Below are positions 19,375-29,534 of a DNA stretch of 64,000 nt, piece by piece. A program made the translations under genes and the position numbers. The notes under the pieces were generated by a model. The model was not told where the DNA came from, did no database searches, and was given only the letters and a program-made list of their open reading frames with translations. Positions within the stretch are counted from its first letter, which is position 1. Every line of letters begins with the position of its first letter. The stretch comes from an uncultured delta proteobacterium (GTDB lineage Bacteria > Desulfobacterota > RBG-13-43-22), in NCBI GenBank assembly GCA_963802945.1, contig CAWDKY010000053.1, positions 1 to 64,000 of the forward strand, written 5' to 3'.

Positions 19375-21667
19375 CTACACTTTCTTAATTTTTACCCGCG
19401 TGACCCAGGTCAGTTCTAAGCCGGTCAAGGGGTCCTCCGGGCCATCCAACATGGGATAAGGATTTGCACCTCTGTTTTTTAAAGTGGGACCATAGGCCTT
19501 ATGTCCCATTCCTAAGGGAACAAAGACACAATCGGGCCTGGCCCCTTCAAATAAATGGATCCGGGCCTTGATCTTTCCTTTGACGGATTGAATCTCGACC
19601 CGATCCCCTTCCCATAAAGATAAGGATCTGGCCGTATCGGGATGAATCTGAACGACTAGGGCATTTTTTATCAAAGTTTCTCTCCCCAGGGTTTTGGTCA
19701 GAAAGGGGGGATTGGCCAAGTAGCCGGATTGAAGCAACAGCAATGACTGTGGCACCATCCAATAGGGATATTCTTTCTGGGTCTGGGTTATCCCCTGCTC
19801 TCCGGCTTTAAAGGTAGAAGAAGAAAAATCCCATCGGCCTTTTCCTTCTGCGCCTTTATTCTCCAAATGATACCAGGTTCCTTGGGCCACCAGTTGTTCC
19901 CAGAACTTATCAAAGGATTCAAAGGAGGCCGGGCTGAATGTCCCCTCTTCCGGTATTGGTTCATTGGTCAGCCGACCTTTTCGGGAATCAAATAAGGATT
20001 TAGCCGACTGTTTGATCACTGCTTCCATATTTTCAAAAGGAAGGGCCTCCTGAACCGTTCCGCCAAAATTCTTTGCAATTTGTAGAATAGCCTCGCCCAT
20101 AGATCGGGTATCATGCATAGGAGGCAGTATCGGTTTGGTCAGACCATAAACCGGGAACGGCACGCCAAGGCTGCCATACTGGTCATCCCAGCGCTCCAGG
20201 AATAGTGGGAGATGGAAGAATCAGGTCGGCCAGAGCAGTGGTTTCGTCCATAAAAGGGGAAAAACTGACAACATAAGGGATCTGGTCGATAGCCTGAAGA
20301 ATATTTTTTTCACCAAAGGAAAAAACAGGATTGGCCTCGTTGATCAATAGGACATTGATGGGGTAAGGATTCTTTTGAGCGACATTTGCAAAAAAGCGGC
20401 CGGCCATTTGCCCGGTCTTGGAATACTTGGCGGAAAAAGCCCCATCCAGTCTGGGCTGAGAAAGACCCTTTTGGGCCGATTCATCCAAAGGCATCTTAGA
20501 CCAGGAAGCATAGGAGAACCCGGGTTGGATATAAACACCGCCCGGTCGATTGATGCGGCCCACCAATAGATTCAGGAGGTGAATAGCCTGGGCCTCAAAA
20601 AGACTGATTGGCAATTCTCCTTTGCCTTTGCCCCAAAGGGCGATCGGTTGTTTGGCAGAGGAAAAATCTTTAGCGAGTTGAAGAATCGTTTCCGGGCTGA
20701 CGGTTGTTTCCTTAGCCACCTGATCCGGCGTATAGTTTTTATTCAATAATCCTCTTAATTCATCCAGACCGGAAGTTTTAGCACCAACGAATTCTTTATC
20801 ATACCAGCCCTTCTCAATCATCACTTGAGCCAGACCTAAAGCCAGAATCCCTTCAGTTCCCGGTTTGATGCTTATCCACTCATCGGCCAAAGAGGCCGTG
20901 GTTGTGGCCATAACATCGATCTGGATAATTTTGGCCCTATCCTTTTGAGAATCCAAGCGCCATTCCTGAAAGGATTGAGCCACCCAACAGGGATTTCCCC
21001 AGCCGTCCAACAAAGCGCTTCCAAAGCTTAAAATATATTGAGACCTGGGAAGATCATAGGCCATGCTGGTTCGGACTCCGTGAATAGTTTGAGTCAATAT
21101 CTCTTCCAGATCGTTCAATTGAAAGGGTCGAATATAATTTGGAGAACCATAGGCCTTTAAGAACCTGGCCGCCAATTGGGCTTGACTCCCCTCCCCTTCT
21201 CCATCCAAGAAGGCCACGGTATGCGACAGATTATTTTGTCTTAATTCTTTCAATTTGGAACTGACTTCCGATAAGGCCTCTTCCCAGGTAATAGGCTTCC
21301 ATGCCCCCCCACCGCGAGCCCCGGTCCTTTTTAAAGGGGATTTAAGGCGAATATCTTCCTGGTAAAGGTATTGAAGACCGGCCAAACCTAAAGGGCACAT
21401 CCCGCCCCGGTTGACCGGATGGTTGGGATTGCCGTCGATCTTGACGGCCCTTTTTTCTTCGATCAGCCTGACCCGTATTCCGCATCCACCAGGGCAAAGC
21501 TTGCAGGTCGATGGGATATAGGTAATCCCACCTTTTCCAGGAATTGGGGCCCAGCGTTGGGTCCATCTGGCCACCTCGTCCATAGACAGCCAGGGTAACG
21601 GAGTAAATACTGTCCCCACGGCCCCGCCAATCACCAACTTCAAAAAATCTCTCCGGTCAAATCCCAT
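19375..21667 (-). CDS. qrcB: QrcB, molybdopterin-oxidoreductase-family periplasmic subunit; frameshift near 20200
   Basis: Tat motif DRRDFLK, CKLCPGGCG..GNPNHPVNRGGMC, DETTALADLILP; C-terminal domain IHPDTA..GARPD in 19375-20163. Confidence 0.88.
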
Positions 21668-21746
21668 CTTTATTTCCTCAACAAAACTTTTTGTTACAAA
21701 AAATGAAAAATAATATTTGATGAGCCTCTTGAAAGAGTCTTTTATT

Positions 21747-21984
21747 GTCATTCCGGCGGAGAGACTGTGTCGTAATAGCGGACAGCGCTATCAAAGCCGT
21801 CATGCCGGCGAAAGCCGGGATCCAGAACTTAATGAAAATACTGGATTCCGTGTCGCGCTTCGCTTGCACGGAATGACAAAAATATAATTGCGACACAGTC
21901 TCGAAAGCCGGAATCCAGGAAGATGTAACTGGTTCCCGGCTCTCGCCGGGGCGACGCCTGGACCCCAGCTATCGCCGGGGTGAC
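21747..21984. repeat. nested palindromic repeat with TIR-MITE (21761-21902) between qrcA and qrcB
   Basis: GTCATTCCGGCGGA[GAGACTGTGTCGTAAT...ATTGCGACACAGTCTC]GAAAGCCGGAATCCAG plus further CCCGGC/GCCGGG hairpins. Confidence 0.85.
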
Positions 21985-22019
21985 TGCGCTTCTTATCTTT
22001 TGCGATTCTAAAAAATTTA

Positions 22020-22144
22020 CTGATTGATCAAAAAGGTTCAGATGCAAGGCGCCCGACATCCCGAGGAATGAGGCGTCCATATAAGTACGCCGGAATAACG
22101 AGGGATGAGGGCAACACCGCAGATGAACTTTTTTCATCAACCAG
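22020..22144. mobile_element. MITE family 2, copy 1
   Basis: Imperfect TIRs CTGATTGATCAAAAAGGTTCA / TGAACTTTTTTCATCAACCAG; core CAAGGCGCCCGA..TCCCGAGGAATGAG..GTAC..GAGGGAT shared with 42286-42462. Confidence 0.75.
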
Positions 22145-22148
22145 CTAA

Positions 22149-22715
22149 CTATTTATGGCAGACAAAACAATCATTACTAGCCCCCTTCTTCTCATGGCAG
22201 GCCTCACAGGTTTTCATGCTCATCACCTCCGGCGCATAACCGGAAATCCACTTATACCGATAAGTGGGGTTTTTATCGGTTCGACCGCCGACCGATTTAT
22301 GACAGGTCGTACACTCCAATTTGGCCATCTTGATATGGGCGGCGTGAGAAAAAAATACATTATCCGGCTGTTTGGAATAAATGAGCCAGGGGATGTTCTT
22401 TTTTTCTTTTTTCAGCTTCTCAGACAGTTTGATAAAATCAGCTTCTTCTTTGGAACTGCCTTGGGCTGACTCATGACATTCCAGGCACTTGGCCAAAGTT
22501 GGGATACCGGCGAAACTCCCATCGGTCCTGAAAGTATGACAGTCTTCACACTTTAATGAAGCAGCTTCCCCATGCTTCAGATGACTGAAACGAACCGGCT
22601 GTTCTTTTCTGGAATGGATAAGGGCCGGAAAAACAATCCAGCCGATAACTAATGCGGCAATCAGACCAATCCCAAAAAATAACCATTTACCCTTGCCTTT
22701 TCCTTCTTTTTCCAT
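22149..22715 (-). CDS. qrcA: QrcA, membrane-anchored pentaheme cytochrome c
   Basis: N-terminal TM; five CxxCH (CEDCH, CLECH, CTTCH, CEACH, CFVCH); QPDNVFFSHAAH. Confidence 0.92.
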   Translation of the reverse strand: MEKEGKGKGKWLFFGIGLIAALVIGWIVFPALIHSRKEQPVRFSHLKHGEAASLKCEDCHTFRTDGSFAGIPTLAKCLECHESAQGSSKEEADFIKLSEKLKKEKKNIPWLIYSKQPDNVFFSHAAHIKMAKLECTTCHKSVGGRTDKNPTYRYKWISGYAPEVMSMKTCEACHEKKGASNDCFVCHK

Positions 22716-22746
22716 AGCCCCTGCCTTGATCCGAATAACAACGAAC

Positions 22747-23220
22747 TTATTGTTTTTTCTTCTCTCTTTCGTTTTTTGTCAAGCAAAAATTTTGATGTTT
22801 TTCATAGGCTTTTAAAAGAACTTGTTCTGTTTCCCGAGGCAAATTGATGGACTTCAAAGAAACAACAGGAAAAAATCCGGCCTCATCGGCATCACTTTGG
22901 GCCTTAAGCTGACCACCTTTGATGCCACACCAGTAATCCAATAAAACGTAATGATAAAGAATTCTCCCTTGGGGATCGGGGATGATCCGTTCAAAGACCT
23001 CAATTAGATCAAGAACCTCCACTAATAAACCGGCTTCTTCTTTAATCTCCCGTTGAAGGGCTGTTTTGACCGACTCTCCGACATCCACCGCACCTCCGGG
23101 GATACTCCATTTTCCCAAGCCGGGTTCTTTTCCTCTTTTAACCAATAAGACCTTGTCGTCCCGGAAGACGATCCCCCCAACTCCAACCCAGGGCCGATCC
23201 GGATAAGAACGTTCATTCAT
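22747..23220 (-). CDS. NUDIX hydrolase
   Basis: PGGAVDVGESVKTALQREIKEEAG Nudix box. Confidence 0.92.
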   Translation of the reverse strand: MNERSYPDRPWVGVGGIVFRDDKVLLVKRGKEPGLGKWSIPGGAVDVGESVKTALQREIKEEAGLLVEVLDLIEVFERIIPDPQGRILYHYVLLDYWCGIKGGQLKAQSDADEAGFFPVVSLKSINLPRETEQVLLKAYEKHQNFCLTKNEREKKKQ

Positions 23221-23452
23221 AGCGGCGCACCTCTTTTTCCCCTTGACTATTCCTTCGCGTCTATTTTATGATCCTTTATCATTCAGAAGCGATCGATTGT
23301 CAAATAACAAATAAAGAAAAGTTCTCGACTATTTCTCTTTCGATGCATCACTGCGAACGCGATTTCAATGGTCAAAGGCTTAAGTGTATTTTTTTGAAAG
23401 GGGCTCGTTAAGAGGAACAAAAAATAAAAACACACTTACAAAGGGGGATGCC

Positions 23453-24571
23453 ATGAAAAAAAAGAAAATGGAAGAATCTGGAATTAATCGAAGAAATTTT
23501 CTAAAGATCTCTGCCGCCTTAGGGGCGGCCGCAACCCTGACCGGGGTTCCGGCTATTATTGGGGAGGCTGCTTCCAAAAAGGTGACTATCAAGCCCTTTA
23601 AGCAGGGGATGATCAACACCGCCCTGGGACCCATCTCCCCGGACAAGTTGGGGACCACCCTGATGCATGAACATTTCGTCTTCGGCTATCCGGGCTGGTA
23701 TGCCGATGATACCATTGCTCCTTTTGACTTTGAGAAGTATCTAAAAGCCGATCTCGGGGAGATAAAAACCGCCCAGAGTTACGGCATTAAGACCATGGTC
23801 GATGCCACACCAAATGACTGTGGGCGTCATCCGGAATTGTATATGGCCCTGGCCAAAAAAACGGGGCTTAACATCATCTGCTCCACGGGGTTGTATACCA
23901 ATTCAGAAGGCGCCCCGGCCTATTTCACGACCAGGGCCTGGACTGGCGTAGACCTTTCCAAGATGATGTCCGAGATCTTTGTTCGAGAGATCACCCAGGG
24001 CATCGGCAAAAGCGGAATGAAGGCCGGCGTTCTCAAGGTCGCCACCAGTCCCAAAATGACTCCACACGAAGAAAATATGCATAAGGCCGCAGTAGTTGCC
24101 CAGATGGCCACCGGAGTGCCGATCATCACCCACACCGAAGGCCCGCTTCCCGGGGTAGCCCAGGCCGAATTCCTTCTTAAAGAGGGGGGCAACCCGAAGA
24201 AGATTATGATCGGCCACGTCTCCAATTCCAAGGATATCGAATATCACAAGGCCATTCTGGCCAAGGGCGTCTACATTGCCTTCGACCGGATCGGGCTGGA
24301 CGTCATCACTCCGACGGAGGTCAACGTTAAGAATGTGGCTGATTTATGTAAATTAGGCTTTACCGAGAAGATCATGATCTCCCACGACACGGTGAACTGG
24401 TTGGGCCGTCCCTACATTTGGCCAAAGGAAGCGGCTCCGGGCTTTGCCAACTGGCGCATCGACCATATCTCCAAGGATGTTATCCCGGCCCTCAAAGCCC
24501 AGGGCATAACCGACGAACAGATAAAAATCATGATGGTCGACAATCCCAAAAAGCTTTTCATGGGGGCTTAG
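23453..24571 (+). CDS. phosphotriesterase-family amidohydrolase with Tat signal peptide
   Basis: INRRNFLK twin-arginine signal; TLMHEH, VDATP..GR, LKVA, IITHT, IGH, FDRIG, ISHD, DNP. Confidence 0.88.
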   Translation: MKKKKMEESGINRRNFLKISAALGAAATLTGVPAIIGEAASKKVTIKPFKQGMINTALGPISPDKLGTTLMHEHFVFGYPGWYADDTIAPFDFEKYLKADLGEIKTAQSYGIKTMVDATPNDCGRHPELYMALAKKTGLNIICSTGLYTNSEGAPAYFTTRAWTGVDLSKMMSEIFVREITQGIGKSGMKAGVLKVATSPKMTPHEENMHKAAVVAQMATGVPIITHTEGPLPGVAQAEFLLKEGGNPKKIMIGHVSNSKDIEYHKAILAKGVYIAFDRIGLDVITPTEVNVKNVADLCKLGFTEKIMISHDTVNWLGRPYIWPKEAAPGFANWRIDHISKDVIPALKAQGITDEQIKIMMVDNPKKLFMGA

Positions 24572-24685
24572 AATCTCTATGATATCGTTCGTCGTTTAGC
24601 GTTCGGCGTTCGACCAAAACAATTTTTGAGGTTATGTATTTCCTGCCTCCGGCGGGAATGAAAATTAAGTAAGGGTTTGCAAATC

Positions 24686-24742
24686 AGGGGATACCGGTTT
24701 CAAGACACCTAATCCTTGAAGAACCGATATCCCCTTTTCTTT
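24686..24742 (+). terminator. probable intrinsic terminator
   Basis: GGGGATACCGGTT..TCAAG...CTTGA..AACCGATATCCCC followed by a T tract, between convergent genes. Confidence 0.5.
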
Positions 24743-24823
24743 TTCTTACAAGGACACACCTGGGAAGGAAAATTGGGGGGTTTTTATTTATTATAGCTCT
24801 CAACCACAATAAAAAAATCCCCT

Positions 24824-25474
24824 TTAGGGTTTACAGGTACGGCAGGGGCTGAATCCTTGCCAATAAGCCTCTTTTTTTGACGGGAACAGAATCAAATTTT
24901 TAGGGGCGATATTTTTTCCAAAGGAACAGTCCAAGCGATGAAACCTCCGGGTATGTACTTGCCCTCGATAGCCGGCATCGCTCTCTTTAAGGGCTTTGGC
25001 CCATATTCCCCGGGAATCCTTAATAGCTTCCCTCTGTAATTGCAACAATTCAACGAATCGTTCCATCCGGGGTCCATGATACAGGACATGGGCCAATCCC
25101 TGCTTGACCAGTTCCCCGTTGACGAACAACCCATTATTTAGAAAGACATAGGCCAATAGCCGGTCATACCTATCCCGTCTTTCCTGGCCATACACCAACT
25201 GGACTTCTTTTTTCAAAACCAGACGGCGATTGAATTGGGTTGCCTCTTGGGCCAAAAACTCGGCTGGACCTTTCCCTGCTCTTTCCGGGGCGTCAATCCC
25301 CAAGTACCGAACATGTTGCCCGTCGGAAAGGATAATGGTGTCCCCATCGATCACACTGATCACCTGAGCCGATTCGGAAGATTGGATTTGTTTTGGGAAT
25401 AACCAGATAAATAGGCAAACGAATAAGAGAATGTAATAAAAAGAAATGTTTTTTTTCACAATGTTTGGCGTCAC
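24824..25474 (-). CDS. thermonuclease (SNase) family protein with C-terminal Ada-like metal-binding domain
   Basis: VIDGDTI, VRYLGIDAPE, DRYDRLLAYV, LVKQGLA; C-terminal FHRLDC...GFSPCRTCKP. Confidence 0.9.
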   Translation of the reverse strand: MTPNIVKKNISFYYILLFVCLFIWLFPKQIQSSESAQVISVIDGDTIILSDGQHVRYLGIDAPERAGKGPAEFLAQEATQFNRRLVLKKEVQLVYGQERRDRYDRLLAYVFLNNGLFVNGELVKQGLAHVLYHGPRMERFVELLQLQREAIKDSRGIWAKALKESDAGYRGQVHTRRFHRLDCSFGKNIAPKNLILFPSKKEAYWQGFSPCRTCKP

Positions 25475-25513
25475 AAGAATTAATCAAAAGCCCTTTTTCA
25501 TCATTCCAGTGAA

Positions 25514-25742
25514 AAGACTAAGTCATAATTGCAGATAGCGCCATCGAGGCCGTCATGCCGGCGGAAGCCGGCATCCAGAACTTAAAAAAATACTGGATTC
25601 CGTGTCGCGCTTCACTTGCACGGAATGACAAGAATGGAATTACGACACATTTTTGAAAGCTGTAATCTAGAAAAAATAATCTGCCTTTGGCCTCAGTCAC
25701 ACCGGGGTGACTGAGGAGAGGGCTTTTTACAAAGCCGTCAAA
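25514..25742. repeat. degenerate copy of the nested REP/MITE
   Basis: AGCGCCATCGAGGCCGTCATGCCGGCGGAAGCCGGCATCCAG...CTGGATTCCGTGTCGCGCTTCACTTGCACGGAATGAC...TTACGACACA; outer end CTTTTTACAAAGCCGTCAA overlaps the stop codon at 25738. Confidence 0.75.
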
Positions 25743-26667
25743 TTTGGCCGCGGAAGTAATCGATAGTCTGGCGAAGCCCTTCATCTAATTCCACTCGAGG
25801 CCCCCATTTCAGATATTTTCTGGCCAGTTTTATGTCCGGTTTTCGTTGGACAGGATCGTCTTGCGGCAGAGGATTAAAGATGATCGAGGATTTTGAACCG
25901 GTCATGGCTTTCACTTTTTGGGCCAGAGCGAGGATGGTAAACTCTTTGGGATTACCCAAATTAACCGGTCCGATAGTATCGTCTTGTTCCATCATGGCGA
26001 TCAAGCCCCGAACCAGATCGGAAATAAAGCAAAAAGACCGGGTTTGTTGCCCTCGGCCGTAAACGGTCAAAAACTCACCACGAAGGGCTTGAACTATAAA
26101 ATTACTGACCACCCGGCCGTCATTAACGGCCATCCTGGGTCCATAGGTATTGAAGATGCGGGCAATGCGGATATCCACTTTATGCTGACGATGGTAGTCC
26201 ATCATCAGGGTTTCCGCTACACGTTTCCCCTCATCATAACAGGCCCGAGGGCCGATACAATTGACATTTCCCCAATAAGTCTCCTTCTGGGGATGCACCG
26301 AAGGGTCGCCATACACTTCCGAGGTCGAAGCTTGGAGTATTCGGGCCTTGACCCGTTTGGCCAGACCGAGCATATTTATAGTCCCCATGACATTGGTCTT
26401 GACGGTTTTGACCGGATTGAACTGATAATGGACCGGAGAGGCAGGGCAGGCCAGATTGTAGATCTCGTCTGCTTCCAGGGTGATAGGATTGATGAGGTCG
26501 TGTCGCACGATCTCAAAATGGGGATTGTTTCTCAGATGCAAGATATTTTCCTTCGACCCGGTAAAAAAATTGTCCACACAGACCACATCATGGCCCTGTT
26601 TTAACAAGGTTTCACAAAGATGACTTCCAATAAACCCGGCCCCTCCGGTTACCAGAATTTTTTTCAT
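25738..26667 (-). CDS. UDP-glucuronate decarboxylase (UDP-xylose synthase) family SDR
   Basis: [54 protein letters not shown]. Confidence 0.93.
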   Translation of the reverse strand: MKKILVTGGAGFIGSHLCETLLKQGHDVVCVDNFFTGSKENILHLRNNPHFEIVRHDLINPITLEADEIYNLACPASPVHYQFNPVKTVKTNVMGTINMLGLAKRVKARILQASTSEVYGDPSVHPQKETYWGNVNCIGPRACYDEGKRVAETLMMDYHRQHKVDIRIARIFNTYGPRMAVNDGRVVSNFIVQALRGEFLTVYGRGQQTRSFCFISDLVRGLIAMMEQDDTIGPVNLGNPKEFTILALAQKVKAMTGSKSSIIFNPLPQDDPVQRKPDIKLARKYLKWGPRVELDEGLRQTIDYFRGQI

Positions 26668-26741
26668 CGGCCCTCCTATAACCAATCGCTCAAATTAGGT
26701 CTGACTTTTTATCATCTTGGGGTTAACCGCTTTTTCAGAGC

Positions 26742-26797
26742 GATACTGGATATTGGATACTGGATGCTGGATACTGGATGCTGGATACTGGATACTG
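26742..26797. repeat. tandem heptamer repeat (consensus GATACTG)x8
   Basis: GATACTG GATATTG GATACTG GATGCTG GATACTG GATGCTG GATACTG GATACTG; inverted copies ATCCAGTATC at 26844 and 26867. Confidence 0.9.
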
Positions 26798-27069
26798 GAA
26801 AAAAGCCATCAAGGCTGCTTTAATCCAGAAATCATCTAATAATATCCAGTATCGTTTTTTGTTTTTATCCAGTATCTATCGAAAGTACCAAATCAACCCT
26901 TCATCACCGACGGATCTATAATAATTTCAAATCACTTTTGATAGTACTTTCAACCAACTTATGGCATGCACCTAATTTTTTGTCAAGTCACAGTTCTTTT
27001 TTAGGCTTTACCCTAATCTGAGATTATGTTAGTTTGAAAATTACAACTATTAGGTGTTAGGAGAAAATT

Positions 27070-28252
27070 ATGGCCATTGCACAAAAAATAAAAAATTATA
27101 TGGAAAAAGGTTCCTGGATACGAAAAATGTTCGAACAGGGTGCCCTGCTCAAAGTCCAACATGGGGCCGAGAATGTCTTTGATTTCAGTCTGGGAAATCC
27201 CAATCTGGAACCGCCCCAGGAAGTAAATCGGGAATTGATTCGTATCCTGAACCAGTCGATCCCCACCCTTCATGGTTATATGTCCAATGCCGGTTATCCG
27301 GAAACCCGTCAGGCTGTGGCGGATTTCTTATCCAAAGAAAACGGCCTGCCTTTTACCGACCAGGAAGTAATCATGACCTGCGGGGCAGCCGGTGCCCTTA
27401 ATGTGGTCTTAAAGGCCCTGATGGAACCCGAAGATGAATTGATTGTTTTGTCCCCGTATTTTGTCGAATATCTTTTTTATACCGATAATGTCCAGGGAGT
27501 TCCCAAGGTGGTTTCCACCAGGCCTGATTTTTCGCTTGATATTAAAGCCATCGAGCAGGCCCTGACTCCCAAAACCAAAGCCGTATTGATCAATTCCCCC
27601 AACAATCCCACCGGCAAAGTCTATGATGAGAACTCTCTAAAACAACTGGGGGATCTGTTAGACCGATTCGGACGGGCCCAAAAGACAGATTATTTACCTG
27701 ATCAGTGATGAACCCTACCGGAAGATCGTTTATGATCAAATTCAGGTCCCCAGCATCTTTCAGGCCTGCCGGCAAAGTATTAGTGTCACCTCCTATTCCA
27801 AGGACCTTTCCCTTCCGGGGGAACGGATCGGCTATCTGGCGGTCAACCCCCTGGCCCCGGATAAGGAGGAACTTTTGGCCGCCGCTACCTTTACCAACCG
27901 CATCCTGGGGTTTGTCAATGCCCCGGCCTTGATGCAGCGGCTTCTTCCGGCCGTTCAAGGTTTGACGGTCAATATCGGGGCTTATCAAAAAAAACGAGAC
28001 CTGTTTTGTGACGGCCTGACGAAAATAGGGTACCAACTCACCAAACCAGAAGGGGCCTTTTATCTCTTCCCCCGCTCCCCAATCCCGGATGACGTGGCCT
28101 TTGTCCAAGCCCTTCAGGAAGAATTGATCCTAACTGCGCCGGGTATGGGCTTCGGCACGCCGGGCTATTTTCGTATTGCCTATTGTGTCCCGGATGTCAC
28201 TATTGAGAAATCCATGGCCGGGTTTGAAAAGGTTTTCAAAAAATTTAATTGA
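27070..28252 (+). CDS. class I PLP-dependent (aspartate) aminotransferase; frameshift near 27685
   Basis: SWIRKMFE, FSLGNP, INSPNNPTG; continues in another frame as IYLISDEPY..SYSKDLSLPGERIGY..PEGAFYLF. Confidence 0.9.
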
Positions 28253-28481
28253 AAACAAGGGGGCAAGGATTCAAGGGTTATTTTCTTACTGGTATTGTCT
28301 CAGTGATAACTTTACAGTCTCGTTGATCCGGAATCCAATCTTTTTTCAACCTGGATTCCCGCCTTCGCGGGAATGACGTTAAAAGAAACATTTTAACTGT
28401 AAGATAAATAAACTAAATTAGTTCCAATGCTTTTTACTTGAATCCTTGACCCCTTGAATCCTTCCTATAATTGGTATTTCG

Positions 28482-29534
28482 GTGAAAACAGTCGCCTTAG
28501 CCTTAAGCGGTGGAATTGACAGCGCCCTGTCCGCTTATCTCTTAAAAAAAGAAGGCTTGCAAGTTATAGGTCTTCATGCCGATTTCGGCTTTTCCCCCGA
28601 GTCCCAAATACCTTGGTTGGAAAAGCTCGCCTCATTTCTAAAAATCCGGCTGGAAGTTTTGCCCTTAAAAGAAATCTTTCATCAAAAAGTGGTGGACTAT
28701 TTTATTTCCGAATATCTCTTGGGGCGGACCCCTAATCCCTGCGTCATTTGCAATCCGGAGATCAAATTCGGCCTGCTGTTTCAAAAGGGCTTAAGCTTGG
28801 GGGCCGATTTTTTTGCCACCGGGCATTATGCCCGGATTTGCACGGCCCCTTGGGGAGGAGGTCTGACTATTGCCCGCGGTCTGGACAAGACCAAGGAACA
28901 ATCCTATTTTTTACATAGGGTTATGCCTCAATATCTCAAGCAGATTCTATTTCCCTTGGGTACCTGGACCAAAGCCAAAGTCAGGGCCTTAGCCCAGGAA
29001 ATCGGCCTGCCAATGAATCCCAAAGGAGAAAGCCAGGACATTTGTTTCCTCCCGAAGGGGGGCTACCGGGAGTTCTTGCTCAAACAGAACCCTCCCGACC
29101 TGATTCGGCCCGGTGATATCGTGGATAGGCACGGGGAAAAACTGGGGACCCATCAGGGATTATTCGCTTATACCATCGGCCAACGTAAAGGGCTGGGGTT
29201 GCCGGCAGCGAAACCCTATTATGTGGTCCGTATGGAACCTGACCGGAATCGTTTGATCATCGGCACAAAAAAAGAGCTGGAATCCTCCGGCTGTGTCCTT
29301 TCCGATTTCCATTTCTTGAGCCAGCCTCCGGAAATTGACGGCCTGGAGGTCTTGGTTCAGGTCCGCTACCGGCATAAGCCAGCAAGGGCCATATTAAAAA
29401 CTGGAACTGACCAAAGGCTAAATGTCCTTTTTCAACACCCGCAACCAGCGGTCACTCCAGGCCAAGCGGCTGTTATCTATTGGGGGGATAACGTGTTGGG
29501 AGGAGGCTGGATTGAAGAAACCTGGAAAGACTAA
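28482..29534 (+). CDS. mnmA: tRNA 2-thiouridine(34) synthase MnmA
   Basis: ALSGGIDS, TPNPCVICN..IKFG, ATGHYA, KEQSYFL, ESQDICF, YTIGQRKGLG, AVTPGQAAV. Confidence 0.96.
   Translation: MKTVALALSGGIDSALSAYLLKKEGLQVIGLHADFGFSPESQIPWLEKLASFLKIRLEVLPLKEIFHQKVVDYFISEYLLGRTPNPCVICNPEIKFGLLFQKGLSLGADFFATGHYARICTAPWGGGLTIARGLDKTKEQSYFLHRVMPQYLKQILFPLGTWTKAKVRALAQEIGLPMNPKGESQDICFLPKGGYREFLLKQNPPDLIRPGDIVDRHGEKLGTHQGLFAYTIGQRKGLGLPAAKPYYVVRMEPDRNRLIIGTKKELESSGCVLSDFHFLSQPPEIDGLEVLVQVRYRHKPARAILKTGTDQRLNVLFQHPQPAVTPGQAAVIYWGDNVLGGGWIEETWKD

Noticed and set aside
27700-27710. TGA ending the first half of the aminotransferase as selenocysteine
   Set aside because: Homology continues in a different frame (IYLISDEPY), so this is an indel rather than read-through.
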